Made by a program: the position numbers and the translations under genes | Shown here: positions 18,714 through 27,247 of the stretch, piece after piece | How positions within the stretch are numbered: position 1 is the stretch's first letter | Layout of the letters: the number at the start of each line of letters is the position of its first letter | Assembly (NCBI GenBank): GCA_964387845.1 | Contig: CAYLXA010000008.1 | Location: 1 to 64,000, forward strand | Direction of reading: 5' to 3' | Length of the DNA: 64,000 nt | Source of the DNA: an uncultured bacterium | GTDB taxonomy: Bacteria > Omnitrophota > Omnitrophia > Omnitrophales > Abzuiibacteriaceae | Notes under the pieces: generated by a model | Seen by the model: only the letters and a program-made list of their open reading frames with translations | Database searches by the model: none | Told to the model about the DNA's origin: nothing

Positions 18714-19174
18714 TGATTCTCCCACGGGCTGTTTATCTGATCGTCGGCATTGCAATGCTAATCGTCGGCTGTTCTCCGTCGGCAGAAACAAAACCGCCAA
18801 AAATTCGCTATGGACATGATAGCTGCGGAAATTGTCACATGATTATCTCAAGCGCGCCATTTGCGGCAAGTTTGGCGACGCGGGATGAAATGTATCACAA
18901 GTTTGATGACATCGGCTGCATGCTTCATTTTATTCAATCACGAAATGACATAGCTGAAATTTGGGTGAATGATTATGCAACACAACAGCCGATCAAAGCT
19001 CATTACGCTTTCTATATAAAAGAAGCCGATCAGCGGACGCCGATGGGGTATGGCATTTTGGCGTTTGCCACAAAGGAAAGTGCGCAAAAAATAGATAGGG
19101 CCCGCGTGCTTAGTTTTGATGATCTGTTAAAACAGTTTAATGAACCAAAAACTGAAGGAGGAGTCAATCCATGA
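18713..19174 (+). CDS. nosL: NosL copper-chaperone lipoprotein
   Basis: Lipobox LIVGC. The CGNCHM / MYHKFDDIGCMLHF segments are typical of NosL. TAATG overlap with nosY. Confidence 0.75.
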   Translation: MILPRAVYLIVGIAMLIVGCSPSAETKPPKIRYGHDSCGNCHMIISSAPFAASLATRDEMYHKFDDIGCMLHFIQSRNDIAEIWVNDYATQQPIKAHYAFYIKEADQRTPMGYGILAFATKESAQKIDRARVLSFDDLLKQFNEPKTEGGVNP

Positions 19175-19884
19175 AAAAAATAATCGTTTTAATTTGTTTG
19201 ATTGCGGCAGTGGTTATCGTTTGCCCGTTTTCTGTTTACGCCGGCGGAACTTTGAGTGGAAAAGTTAATTTTGTAGGAACCGCTCCGGCCCCAAAACCAG
19301 TTAATTTTGGCCCGGAAAAGCAGTGTGCCATTGCGCATGGCGATAAACCGCCTATGGATGAAACCATTGTGGTGAATTCAAATAATACGTTGAAAGATGC
19401 GCTCGTTTACGTCAAGGAAGGCGCAACCGGCCAATTCGAAGCGCCGAAGACACAGGTCTTGATTGATCAAAACGGATGCATTTTTACTCCGCATGTTTCG
19501 GTGGCCATGGTGGGCCAGGAGGTAGTGTTTAAAAATAGCGACACACTTTTACATAATGTGCGTACGGTATCGACAGTTAATAAGGTTTTTAACATTGCGC
19601 AGCCGATCCAGAATATGACCACCAAGAAAACTTTCGCGTCTCCGGAAATCGGAATTCAGCTCAAATGCGACGTGCATTTCTGGATGCTGGCATATTTGCA
19701 TGTTGTCAACAATCCGTATTATGCAGTCACAGGTGAGGACGGTTCGTTTACGATTCAGGATCTTCCGGCCGGTACTTATACCGTCGAAGTTTGGCACGGA
19801 AAGTTGGGAGCACAAACTCAATCCATTACAATAGCCGAAGGCGAATCAAAGTCCGCTGATTTTTCTCTCGAGAAAAGAGACTAA
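19171..19884 (+). CDS. Secreted type-1 copper cupredoxin (amicyanin/plastocyanin-like ligand spacing) with a C-terminal beta-sandwich extension; candidate electron donor to NosZ
   Basis: Signal peptide. His (TLLHNV), then about 45 aa later C-x2-H-x2-M (KCDVHFWM). C-terminal GSFTIQDLPAGTYTVEVWHG carboxypeptidase-regulatory-like fold. ATGA overlap with nosL. Confidence 0.6.
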   Translation: MKKIIVLICLIAAVVIVCPFSVYAGGTLSGKVNFVGTAPAPKPVNFGPEKQCAIAHGDKPPMDETIVVNSNNTLKDALVYVKEGATGQFEAPKTQVLIDQNGCIFTPHVSVAMVGQEVVFKNSDTLLHNVRTVSTVNKVFNIAQPIQNMTTKKTFASPEIGIQLKCDVHFWMLAYLHVVNNPYYAVTGEDGSFTIQDLPAGTYTVEVWHGKLGAQTQSITIAEGESKSADFSLEKRD

Positions 19885-19911
19885 CCGCTTAATAGTAAAA
19901 GGGGTTTATGC

Positions 19912-20391
19912 ATGGGAAAGATGGGTACCATTTCCGAATTTTTTGAAAAAGATCACAACAGATTGGATAATTTGTTTAAACAATTTCAAGCAAATAAATC
20001 TCAAGATTTTAATTTTGCGAAAAGTTGTTTTAAAGAATTTATGTTTGGACTCAAGCGCCACATTGTTTGGGAAGAAGAAATGCTTTTCCCTATCTTCGAT
20101 GAAAAAACAAGTATGAAGGATTCGGGGCCGACTGCCGTGATGCGTTTCGAGCATGATTTAATCAAAAAGGAACTGGACAATATTCACAAAAAAGTAAAAG
20201 CAGGCCAAACTAATACTGAAAATGAAGAAGCGTCTCTTCTTGAAATTTTAGTGCAGCACAACAGCAAAGAAGAAGGCATTCTTTATCCGGCCATGGATCA
20301 AATGCTCGCACAATCTGAAGTGAGCGGAGTTCTTGAAAGAATAAAAAAAACGTTAGCAGAACAGCAGCCATCTTGCTGTGACCTGCCTTAA
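19912..20391 (+). CDS. Hemerythrin-like HHE domain protein
   Basis: DHNRLDNLF, LKRHIVWEEEMLFP and FEHDLIKKEL give the H...HxxxE pattern. C-terminal CCDLP. Confidence 0.65.
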   Translation: MGKMGTISEFFEKDHNRLDNLFKQFQANKSQDFNFAKSCFKEFMFGLKRHIVWEEEMLFPIFDEKTSMKDSGPTAVMRFEHDLIKKELDNIHKKVKAGQTNTENEEASLLEILVQHNSKEEGILYPAMDQMLAQSEVSGVLERIKKTLAEQQPSCCDLP

Positions 20392-20403
20392 AAGGAGACT
20401 ATT

Positions 20404-21999
20404 GTGAAAAAATTATTATTAACCACCGTCTGTAAACCGCTTGGGCCGAAATACGGCGATTCGGAATCCGTAGGCTACGAGTTGCTTCACGGGCAGGTTA
20501 CGCGCGCTCAAGGAATTTTCTCGCTGCGCTCCGTAATTCATCACTTTTCACTCGAATACATCGCTCACAATCTTGAAACACCGACGGTTGTGCTGCAATA
20601 TCCATCCGAAAAAGAATTTATCCGAGAGCTCAAGAATAACAAGTACGACTTTGTTGGCATTTCATTTGTTTTGAGTACGCTGCATCATATGAAGCGGATG
20701 TCAGCACTTGTTCGAAAATTCTCGCCAAATTCAAAAATTATTCTGGGCGGCTACGGAACAGTTCTGTCAAACGAAGAACTTGAGCCCTACGGCGACTTTA
20801 TTTGCAGAGAAGAAGGAATCGGATTTTTGAGAAGAACTTTGGGCGAGCCGGAACTTCCGATGCCGTATGATCATCCGGTCATCACAAACGGCCTCAAGGT
20901 GTTTTCGCTTCCGGTGGGCAATAACGGCATGATTTTCGCGGGCCTTGGCTGTCCGAACGGCTGTGATTTTTGCTGTACGTCGTACTTTTTCAAACGCAAA
21001 CACGTCCGGTTGTTACCGGAAGGTGATGATATTTTTCATGTGATTCAGAAATACCGCAGGCACGATCCAAAAATCAAATTCACTGTGTTGGATGAAGATT
21101 TTTTGCTTAATCAAAAACGCGCGCGAAGGTTTCTAGATTTGGTACGTTCATCAGGCGAAGCGCCGCCTTCTATGTTTGTGTTCGGGAGTATCAAGGCGCT
21201 TTCACAATACGATATCCGAGAGTTACTTGAAATGGGTGTAACAGGTGTTTGGATCGGTTATGAAGGCCAACGTTCGGGGTATGCAAAACAACAGGGCCGG
21301 AATCCGGCGGAGCTTTTCCGGGAATTTCGGGAATATGGAATTAATATTTTGGCATCAATGATCATCGGTTTTGATTACCAAACACCGGAAATTATCGAGC
21401 AGGAACTCCGGGGATTAATGGATCTCCATCCCACATTTTCTCAAATCCTGATTTACGGCCCGACGCCCGGAACACCATTTTATGATCGAATTCAGAAGGA
21501 AAATAGGTTAGTGCCGCATCTTCAAACGGATCGCGACGCATACTATAAGAAATGTACCGGATTTTACGGGATGGTTCAGCACCCGACGTTAACGAGCGAA
21601 GAATTGCAAGCGCTGCAGCGGAAATGTTTCGACACCGACTTTAAAACGCTCGGACCATCGCTTGTACGCGCAGTGGAGAATTGGTTCTTGGGATATCAAA
21701 AGTTGATTCATGACAAAAGTGAAGTTCTAAGAAAACGCGCGGAGATGTATAAACAGGATATTTTGGAATCACTTCCTGTATTTTTAAGCGCAAAGATCCT
21801 GGGGCCATCGGAAGAAGCGCGCCTGTATGCGCATGATCTTTATAAGAAAATTACAATGAAGTTTGACGTTAATCTTTTACAGAATGCTATTAAATCCTGG
21901 TCAGCCCTTGCCATGGCGCACTGGACAGCGCTGTGCCTTAAAATGGATTGGTTTCAACATCCGCGCTTGACCCGGCTTGAATTTCGAATACAACATTAA
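20404..21999 (+). CDS. B12-binding-domain radical SAM protein (class-B-like)
   Basis: GTG start with an AGGAG SD. N-terminal cobalamin-binding-like region (FVGISFVLSTLHHMK...ILGGYGT). Cx3Cx2C in GLGCPNGCDFCCTSYF. Confidence 0.75.
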   Translation: MKKLLLTTVCKPLGPKYGDSESVGYELLHGQVTRAQGIFSLRSVIHHFSLEYIAHNLETPTVVLQYPSEKEFIRELKNNKYDFVGISFVLSTLHHMKRMSALVRKFSPNSKIILGGYGTVLSNEELEPYGDFICREEGIGFLRRTLGEPELPMPYDHPVITNGLKVFSLPVGNNGMIFAGLGCPNGCDFCCTSYFFKRKHVRLLPEGDDIFHVIQKYRRHDPKIKFTVLDEDFLLNQKRARRFLDLVRSSGEAPPSMFVFGSIKALSQYDIRELLEMGVTGVWIGYEGQRSGYAKQQGRNPAELFREFREYGINILASMIIGFDYQTPEIIEQELRGLMDLHPTFSQILIYGPTPGTPFYDRIQKENRLVPHLQTDRDAYYKKCTGFYGMVQHPTLTSEELQALQRKCFDTDFKTLGPSLVRAVENWFLGYQKLIHDKSEVLRKRAEMYKQDILESLPVFLSAKILGPSEEARLYAHDLYKKITMKFDVNLLQNAIKSWSALAMAHWTALCLKMDWFQHPRLTRLEFRIQH

Positions 22000-22008
22000 G
22001 GAGAGAAA

Positions 22009-22281
22009 ATGGATTTTAAGGTTATGATCGCTTCTTTTACCGCAGTATTTCTGGCCGAAATTGCGGACAAAACGCAATTGGTGGGGATTGGGCTCGCGTC
22101 AAAATCGATGAAGCCTCTTTCCGTTTTGGCTGGATCAGTGCTAGCCTATCTTTTGATCACAACTTTCTCGGTATTTGCCGCCGCAGCACTTGGTAAATAC
22201 ATTCAACCGAATCATCTCCGCTACGCCGGATCCATTTTGTTTATCGTGATGGGTATTTTGATGTTTTTTGATAAACTGTAA
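22009..22281 (+). CDS. UPF0016 (GDT1/TMEM165) single-repeat cation-transporter-family membrane protein
   Basis: E-x-G-D-K-T-like signature EIADKTQLV plus three TM helices. 90 aa, suggesting a half-size unit that dimerises. Confidence 0.55.
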   Translation: MDFKVMIASFTAVFLAEIADKTQLVGIGLASKSMKPLSVLAGSVLAYLLITTFSVFAAAALGKYIQPNHLRYAGSILFIVMGILMFFDKL

Positions 22282-22303
22282 TCCGGATCAGGACTCATTC
22301 AAT

Positions 22304-23554
22304 ATGAAATCTTCTCTCTCGAAATTCGGAAATCTTTTTTGTAACGAACCTTACAGAATTTTCTTTCCGCTCGGCGTGTTGGCCGGTGCTATCGGTGCCA
22401 GCCACTGGCTTTTTTACGCACTCGGTTGGGCTGAGCGTTATTCCGGATTTTTTCATTCCGCGATCCAGATGAAATGTTACATGATGTGTTTCGTTGTCGG
22501 CTTTCTTATGACGGCAATTCCTCGATTTGCTTCCGCTCCAACCGCAACAGGAAGGGAAGTTTTGATATTCATCCTGCTCATCTTTATCAACATTAGTTTC
22601 TTATTCCGAGAAAATTGGATCGGATCAGAAAGTACTTTCATTGCTTACTTAGTATTTTTAGCGCGTTTTATCGTTGTTCGTTTTATTAACAAAAAGGGAA
22701 ATGTAAGTCCGCCAACTGAATTTGTCTGGATTGGGATTGGAATTGTCCACGGAATTATTGGCTCAAGCATGGTTTTGCTCGGCCAGTTTTCAATTGGGCC
22801 TGTGTGGTTCGCAAAAGCAGGTAAAGCTATGAGCGAGCAGGGATTCTTGCTTTCCGTGGTCGTGGGCGTCGGCGGTTTCTTGGCGCCGCGCCTCATGGGA
22901 AATTTTTCGCTGATTAAACCGGAAGAAGTCCGGAAATTGGCTCAGGACAAAAAAACCAGGCGGAACAGAGTTTTCATTCATCTGACGGCCGGATTGATCT
23001 TATTCGGAAGTTTTTGGCTCGAAGGAATGAATCAAATGCAAACCGCTTATTTAATACGGGCATTGGTTGTTACTTTCGAACTGGTTTTTACGCGTGTCTT
23101 ACCGCGTTTCCCGGTTGTCAAAACATTATTTAGTTGGCTTTTATGGATTTCGATGTGGATGGTTCTTGCCGGAAGCTGGGCTGCGGGCTTATTGATTCCT
23201 TACAGAATCGGCATGCTGCATATTGTTTTTATCGGCGGTTATGCGTTGATGACATTTACGATCGGCACAATGGTTGTCTTGAGCCATGGCGGGGAAGGGC
23301 CAAAATTACAGCGCCCGATTTTTATCCTCAAATTAGTCGGACTTGGAATGCTCGCAGCGCTCGCAATCAGAATCGCCGCCAATTTTACGGCGGAGCATTA
23401 TTTTGCGTGGCTTGGGGCTGTAGCGGCTATGTGGCTTGTGGTTGGCGCAGGATGGCTGTGTTTTGCGGTTCCGAAAATTATGAAAATTCCGGCTGAAGGA
23501 GAGTTTGAACGCCAGCACGAGGAAGCAAAGCGAAAATTACACCAGCCTTGCTGA
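22304..23554 (+). CDS. nnrS: NnrS-family membrane protein (haem-copper membrane protein of denitrification clusters)
   Basis: Polytopic, about 12 TM helices with conserved His residues. N-terminal EPYRIFFPLGVLAGAIG resembles the NnrS N-terminus. The start is assumed at the ATG at 22304 within the track ORF 22268... Confidence 0.5.
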   Translation: MKSSLSKFGNLFCNEPYRIFFPLGVLAGAIGASHWLFYALGWAERYSGFFHSAIQMKCYMMCFVVGFLMTAIPRFASAPTATGREVLIFILLIFINISFLFRENWIGSESTFIAYLVFLARFIVVRFINKKGNVSPPTEFVWIGIGIVHGIIGSSMVLLGQFSIGPVWFAKAGKAMSEQGFLLSVVVGVGGFLAPRLMGNFSLIKPEEVRKLAQDKKTRRNRVFIHLTAGLILFGSFWLEGMNQMQTAYLIRALVVTFELVFTRVLPRFPVVKTLFSWLLWISMWMVLAGSWAAGLLIPYRIGMLHIVFIGGYALMTFTIGTMVVLSHGGEGPKLQRPIFILKLVGLGMLAALAIRIAANFTAEHYFAWLGAVAAMWLVVGAGWLCFAVPKIMKIPAEGEFERQHEEAKRKLHQPC

Positions 23555-23628
23555 TGCCAGTGACGGGCGTCACATAATTTTTAAGGGATTTTCCGTAGAT
23601 TACGCAAAACGAAACGGAGCAATTCTGC

Positions 23629-24348
23629 ATGACGTGGTTTCCTCAGGATGTCTCGGAAAGCGGATATTGGGTTGACCGGCTTTTTTATCTTGGGTTTTGG
23701 CTGACCAGTATCACGTTTCTCTTGGTAGTCGGTATTCTAATCTATTTTGTCCTGCGGTACCGAAGCCGCGAGGGCCGGAAAGCCTACTATACGCACGGCA
23801 ATAGCCGGCAGGCGTTTCTGCTGACGCTTTCCCTGGCGCTTCTCGTTTTTGTTGTGATTGACGTGAACCTTGCGATTCATGATCATTTTGCGTGGGAAGC
23901 CATTTGGGGCGAATCAAAAGAGCACGAAGATCCAATCCGTGTTCAAATTATGCCCGAACAATTTGCGTGGAATATCCGCTACGCGGGCCCCGACAGTCAA
24001 TTCGGGACGGATGATGATATTGTGACTATCAACGACCTTCATATTCCGGTTAATAGGCGCGTTAATATTGCGCTCAAATCCAAAGATGTTATTCATAGTT
24101 TTTTTGTTCCCAATTTTCGCGTAAAACAAGACGCCTTGCCCGGAATGGTGACTCATATTTCACTCCACGCAAAGAAAAACGGAAAGTTTGATATCGCTTG
24201 CGCGGAACATTGTGGCCTTGGCCATTACAGAATGAGGGGTAGTTTGACGGTTCAAACTCAACAAGAATTCGAATCATGGCTTTTGGACCCGAATGGGAAG
24301 CAAGCCGGCGCTCAAAATTGGGGTTGGGAATGGGGAGTGCTAAAATGA
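23629..24348 (+). CDS. coxB: Cytochrome c oxidase subunit II (CuA)
   Basis: Two N-terminal TM helices. CuA ligands H...CAEHCGLGHYRM. GGAG SD. Confidence 0.85.
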   Translation: MTWFPQDVSESGYWVDRLFYLGFWLTSITFLLVVGILIYFVLRYRSREGRKAYYTHGNSRQAFLLTLSLALLVFVVIDVNLAIHDHFAWEAIWGESKEHEDPIRVQIMPEQFAWNIRYAGPDSQFGTDDDIVTINDLHIPVNRRVNIALKSKDVIHSFFVPNFRVKQDALPGMVTHISLHAKKNGKFDIACAEHCGLGHYRMRGSLTVQTQQEFESWLLDPNGKQAGAQNWGWEWGVLK

Positions 24349-26648
24349 GTCACGCCGGGACGCATCAATCATTCATCCGAAAATATATTTTCTCGACCGA
24401 TCACAAAGTTATTGCGGTCCAGTATTTGATGACAGGAATATTTTTCTTAGCCATCGGTGGATTGATGGCGTTTATGATCCGGTGGCAGCTTGCATATCCC
24501 TGGCAGCCTATTCCCGTGATCGGCGAATTGCTCTTTAAAGAATCGGGCGGCATCATGATGCCGGAGTTTTACTCGATGCTTTTTACGATGCATGGCGGCA
24601 TCATGGTCTTTTTTGCTATTACGCCGATTATTTTGGGAGCGCTCGGGAATTTCACTATTCCGCTTGAAGTCGGTGCACAGGATATGGCTTTCCCACGCCT
24701 CAATATGGTGTCGTATTGGAGTTTATTTGCCGGGAGCGTGTTGATCATTGCTTCATTTTTTGTTCCAGGCGGAGCCGCCGGGACAGGATGGACCATTTAT
24801 CCGCCGCTTTCCTCCAGTCTGAAAGCAAACCCGGGGCTTGGTACGGATCTTTTTATTTTAGGGCTTACGCTGGATGCTGTGTCGATTTTGGCAGGCGGTA
24901 TTAATTATATCGTAACTATTATCAATTTGCGGGCGCCCGGAATGACTTTTGGCAGAATGACGCTTACTTCCTGGGGCCTTTTCTTCTCGTCGGTTCTGAA
25001 CACGCTCTGGCTTCCGCTGGTGGCTGCGGCATTTTTTATGATCCTGTTTGACCGCAGGCTTGGAACCGCATTTCTTACAGCCGGGCCGCTTGCGCCGCGC
25101 GAAGGCGGGCAAGTGCTCCTTTACCAGCATTTATTTTGGGGATTCGGCCATCCCGAAGTTTATATATTGATATTGCCTGTTTGGGGCCTTGTAGGTGATC
25201 TGCTTTCCGTATTTTCGCGAAAGCCCGCGTTCGGATATAAAGCGACTGTTTTTTCAATGTGCACGATCGCGATTTTAAGCGGAATCGTATGGGGTCATCA
25301 TATGTTCACAAGCGGCATGAACCCTTTGATCGGAAAAGCGTTTATGTTTCTGACAGTTTCTATCAGCATTCCGACGGCAGTATTTTTTCTCAATTGGCTC
25401 GGAACACTTTGGCGGGGCTCGATTCGCTTAACAGTTCCGATGCTTTGCGCGCTGGCAATCGTTTTCGTGTTTGCCATCGGCGGCTTAACCGGCCTTTTTC
25501 ATGCGGTCCAAACGTTTGACATTTACATTCACGATACTTACTTTGTGGTCGGGCATTTTCATTTTACGCTTGCGGCGAGCGTTTTATTCGGCGTTTTTGC
25601 TTTTATTTATTTCTGGTTTCCGAAGATATTTGGGAAAGAATTAAACGAAACGCTCGGCAAGATTCATGTTGTGCTCAGTTTTGTTTTTGTGAATGTTATT
25701 TTCTTTTCCATGATGCGGGTCGGCCTTGCGGGCCACATGCGGCGCATTGCGGATGCTACGTCCTATGAGTTTTTAAAACCGCTTCAGCACTGGAATGTTT
25801 TTATGGGCTGGGCGGCGCTAGGGCTTGTCGCGGCGCAGCTCTTATTTTTCCTTAATTTTGTTTTTGCGCTGTTCCGGAAAAAATCAGCATCCAGCAATCC
25901 CTGGCACGCCGGAGGTCTTGCTTGGACGACCTCATCGCCTCCGCCTGAGCATAATTTTGATAAAGTCCCGAATGTTTATTGTGGGCCATATGAATACAGC
26001 ACGCCGGGCCTTACGGGCGAAGATTTCCTGCCGCAATCCGACTCGCGGGCCATCGTTCTGAAGGTGGGCACTCCGGTTCCCGATTCGATAAGACCTTCTC
26101 TTATTTCGACTACCAAATTAGGCATGTGGGTATTCTTGATATCCGAGATCATGCTGTTTACGGGGCTTATTGGAAGTTACATTGTGCTCCGGCTTGGAAG
26201 CACTGGCTGGCCCAATCCGGCGGAATTTCTGAACACCACACTGCTTGGGATTAATACGTTTGTGCTGATTACATCAAGCCTCACACTTGCGCTCGGTGTC
26301 GATGCGGTGCAAAAAGGCGACCGGACTGCACTCAAGAAATATGTATTTTTTACGATCCTTCTTGGTTTAACTTTTTTAGGAATCAAAGCGTATGATTATC
26401 ACCATATGTGGCACCAGGGATTTACGATTTCGACAAACTTGTTCGGCTCGTGTTACTACATGCTGACGGGATTTCACGCGCTCCACGTGCTTTCCGGAGT
26501 GGTTGTCTTAGTTTATCTTTGGTGCCGTGCAGGAAGCCAGTCAATGCGCACCGACGTTCTCAGCGGCCGGGTGGAATCCAGCGGGCTTTATTGGCATTTT
26601 ATTGATATCGTGTGGGTCATTTTGTTTGCCATTCTGTGTCTGCTATGA
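24345..26648 (+). CDS. coxA: Cytochrome c oxidase subunit I fused to a subunit III-like domain
   Basis: Subunit-I hallmark segments (WFFGHPEVYILILP, HHMFTSGM) are followed by a C-terminal approximately 200-aa subunit-III-like domain with five TM helices (MWVFLISEIMLFTGLIGSY...HWHFIDIVWVILF). ATGA overlap with coxB. Confidence 0.88.
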   Translation: MSHAGTHQSFIRKYIFSTDHKVIAVQYLMTGIFFLAIGGLMAFMIRWQLAYPWQPIPVIGELLFKESGGIMMPEFYSMLFTMHGGIMVFFAITPIILGALGNFTIPLEVGAQDMAFPRLNMVSYWSLFAGSVLIIASFFVPGGAAGTGWTIYPPLSSSLKANPGLGTDLFILGLTLDAVSILAGGINYIVTIINLRAPGMTFGRMTLTSWGLFFSSVLNTLWLPLVAAAFFMILFDRRLGTAFLTAGPLAPREGGQVLLYQHLFWGFGHPEVYILILPVWGLVGDLLSVFSRKPAFGYKATVFSMCTIAILSGIVWGHHMFTSGMNPLIGKAFMFLTVSISIPTAVFFLNWLGTLWRGSIRLTVPMLCALAIVFVFAIGGLTGLFHAVQTFDIYIHDTYFVVGHFHFTLAASVLFGVFAFIYFWFPKIFGKELNETLGKIHVVLSFVFVNVIFFSMMRVGLAGHMRRIADATSYEFLKPLQHWNVFMGWAALGLVAAQLLFFLNFVFALFRKKSASSNPWHAGGLAWTTSSPPPEHNFDKVPNVYCGPYEYSTPGLTGEDFLPQSDSRAIVLKVGTPVPDSIRPSLISTTKLGMWVFLISEIMLFTGLIGSYIVLRLGSTGWPNPAEFLNTTLLGINTFVLITSSLTLALGVDAVQKGDRTALKKYVFFTILLGLTFLGIKAYDYHHMWHQGFTISTNLFGSCYYMLTGFHALHVLSGVVVLVYLWCRAGSQSMRTDVLSGRVESSGLYWHFIDIVWVILFAILCLL

Positions 26649-26935
26649 CAAATCACGCAACGCCAAAAACTTATTTTATTATATTTGGCTGGTTAGGATT
26701 TTTGACCCTGCTTGAAATAGGTGCGGTAATGCTTAATTTAGAAAGGTCGGCGCTCGTCATCTTCATTATCGGCACCGCACTCGGCAAAGCAACTCTCATC
26801 GCGCTGTACTTTATGCATTTAAAGTTTGAAAGCCGGCTTACCTGGCTGCTCCCGATTATTCCCGTTCTGCTCGGCGTTATTTTTGTCTTGGGATTATTTC
26901 CGGATCTTGTTTTCCATTTAACCTGGAAGTCTTAA
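26645..26935 (+). CDS. Cytochrome c oxidase subunit IV (prokaryotic CoxD-like), small three-TM protein
   Basis: ATGA overlap with the coxA/C stop. 96 aa, three hydrophobic helices, at the typical caa3-operon position. Confidence 0.5.
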   Translation: MTNHATPKTYFIIFGWLGFLTLLEIGAVMLNLERSALVIFIIGTALGKATLIALYFMHLKFESRLTWLLPIIPVLLGVIFVLGLFPDLVFHLTWKS

Positions 26936-26936
26936 A

Positions 26937-27170
26937 ATGAAAAAAGACTCTGGTGTTTTAACTATTTTGGCTGTTTTACTTGTGGGTATTAGCGCGCAGC
27001 CGCTACTGGCGGGTCCTTGCGCAATGTGCAAAAATTCTCTCGCTTCCGGAGGCTCCGGGGGTCTTTTAACAGGATTTTATTGGAGTATTCTTCTAATTGC
27101 AGGTGTGCCGGCTGTTATTTTGTCTGTCGCAGGTGTCGTGGTGTATAAGATTTGGAAATCCGAGAAGTAA
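26937..27170 (+). CDS. Small membrane protein with CxxC (CAMC)
   Basis: 77 aa. Signal/TM, then CAMCKNSLASGGSGG, then a second TM. It follows coxD (TAAAATG). Confidence 0.4.
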   Translation: MKKDSGVLTILAVLLVGISAQPLLAGPCAMCKNSLASGGSGGLLTGFYWSILLIAGVPAVILSVAGVVVYKIWKSEK

Positions 27171-27247
27171 ATGCCGCTTGCAAAATAATTAAATGAAAAT
27201 GTTAAACCGATTCAAGATGAATTTTGGTAAAATAAGCCGGTATCATT

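Noticed and set aside
23134-23496. 120-aa + ORF and the minus-strand ORFs inside the nnrS gene
   Set aside because: Alternative-frame ORFs within a polytopic membrane protein gene. No RBS or domain support.
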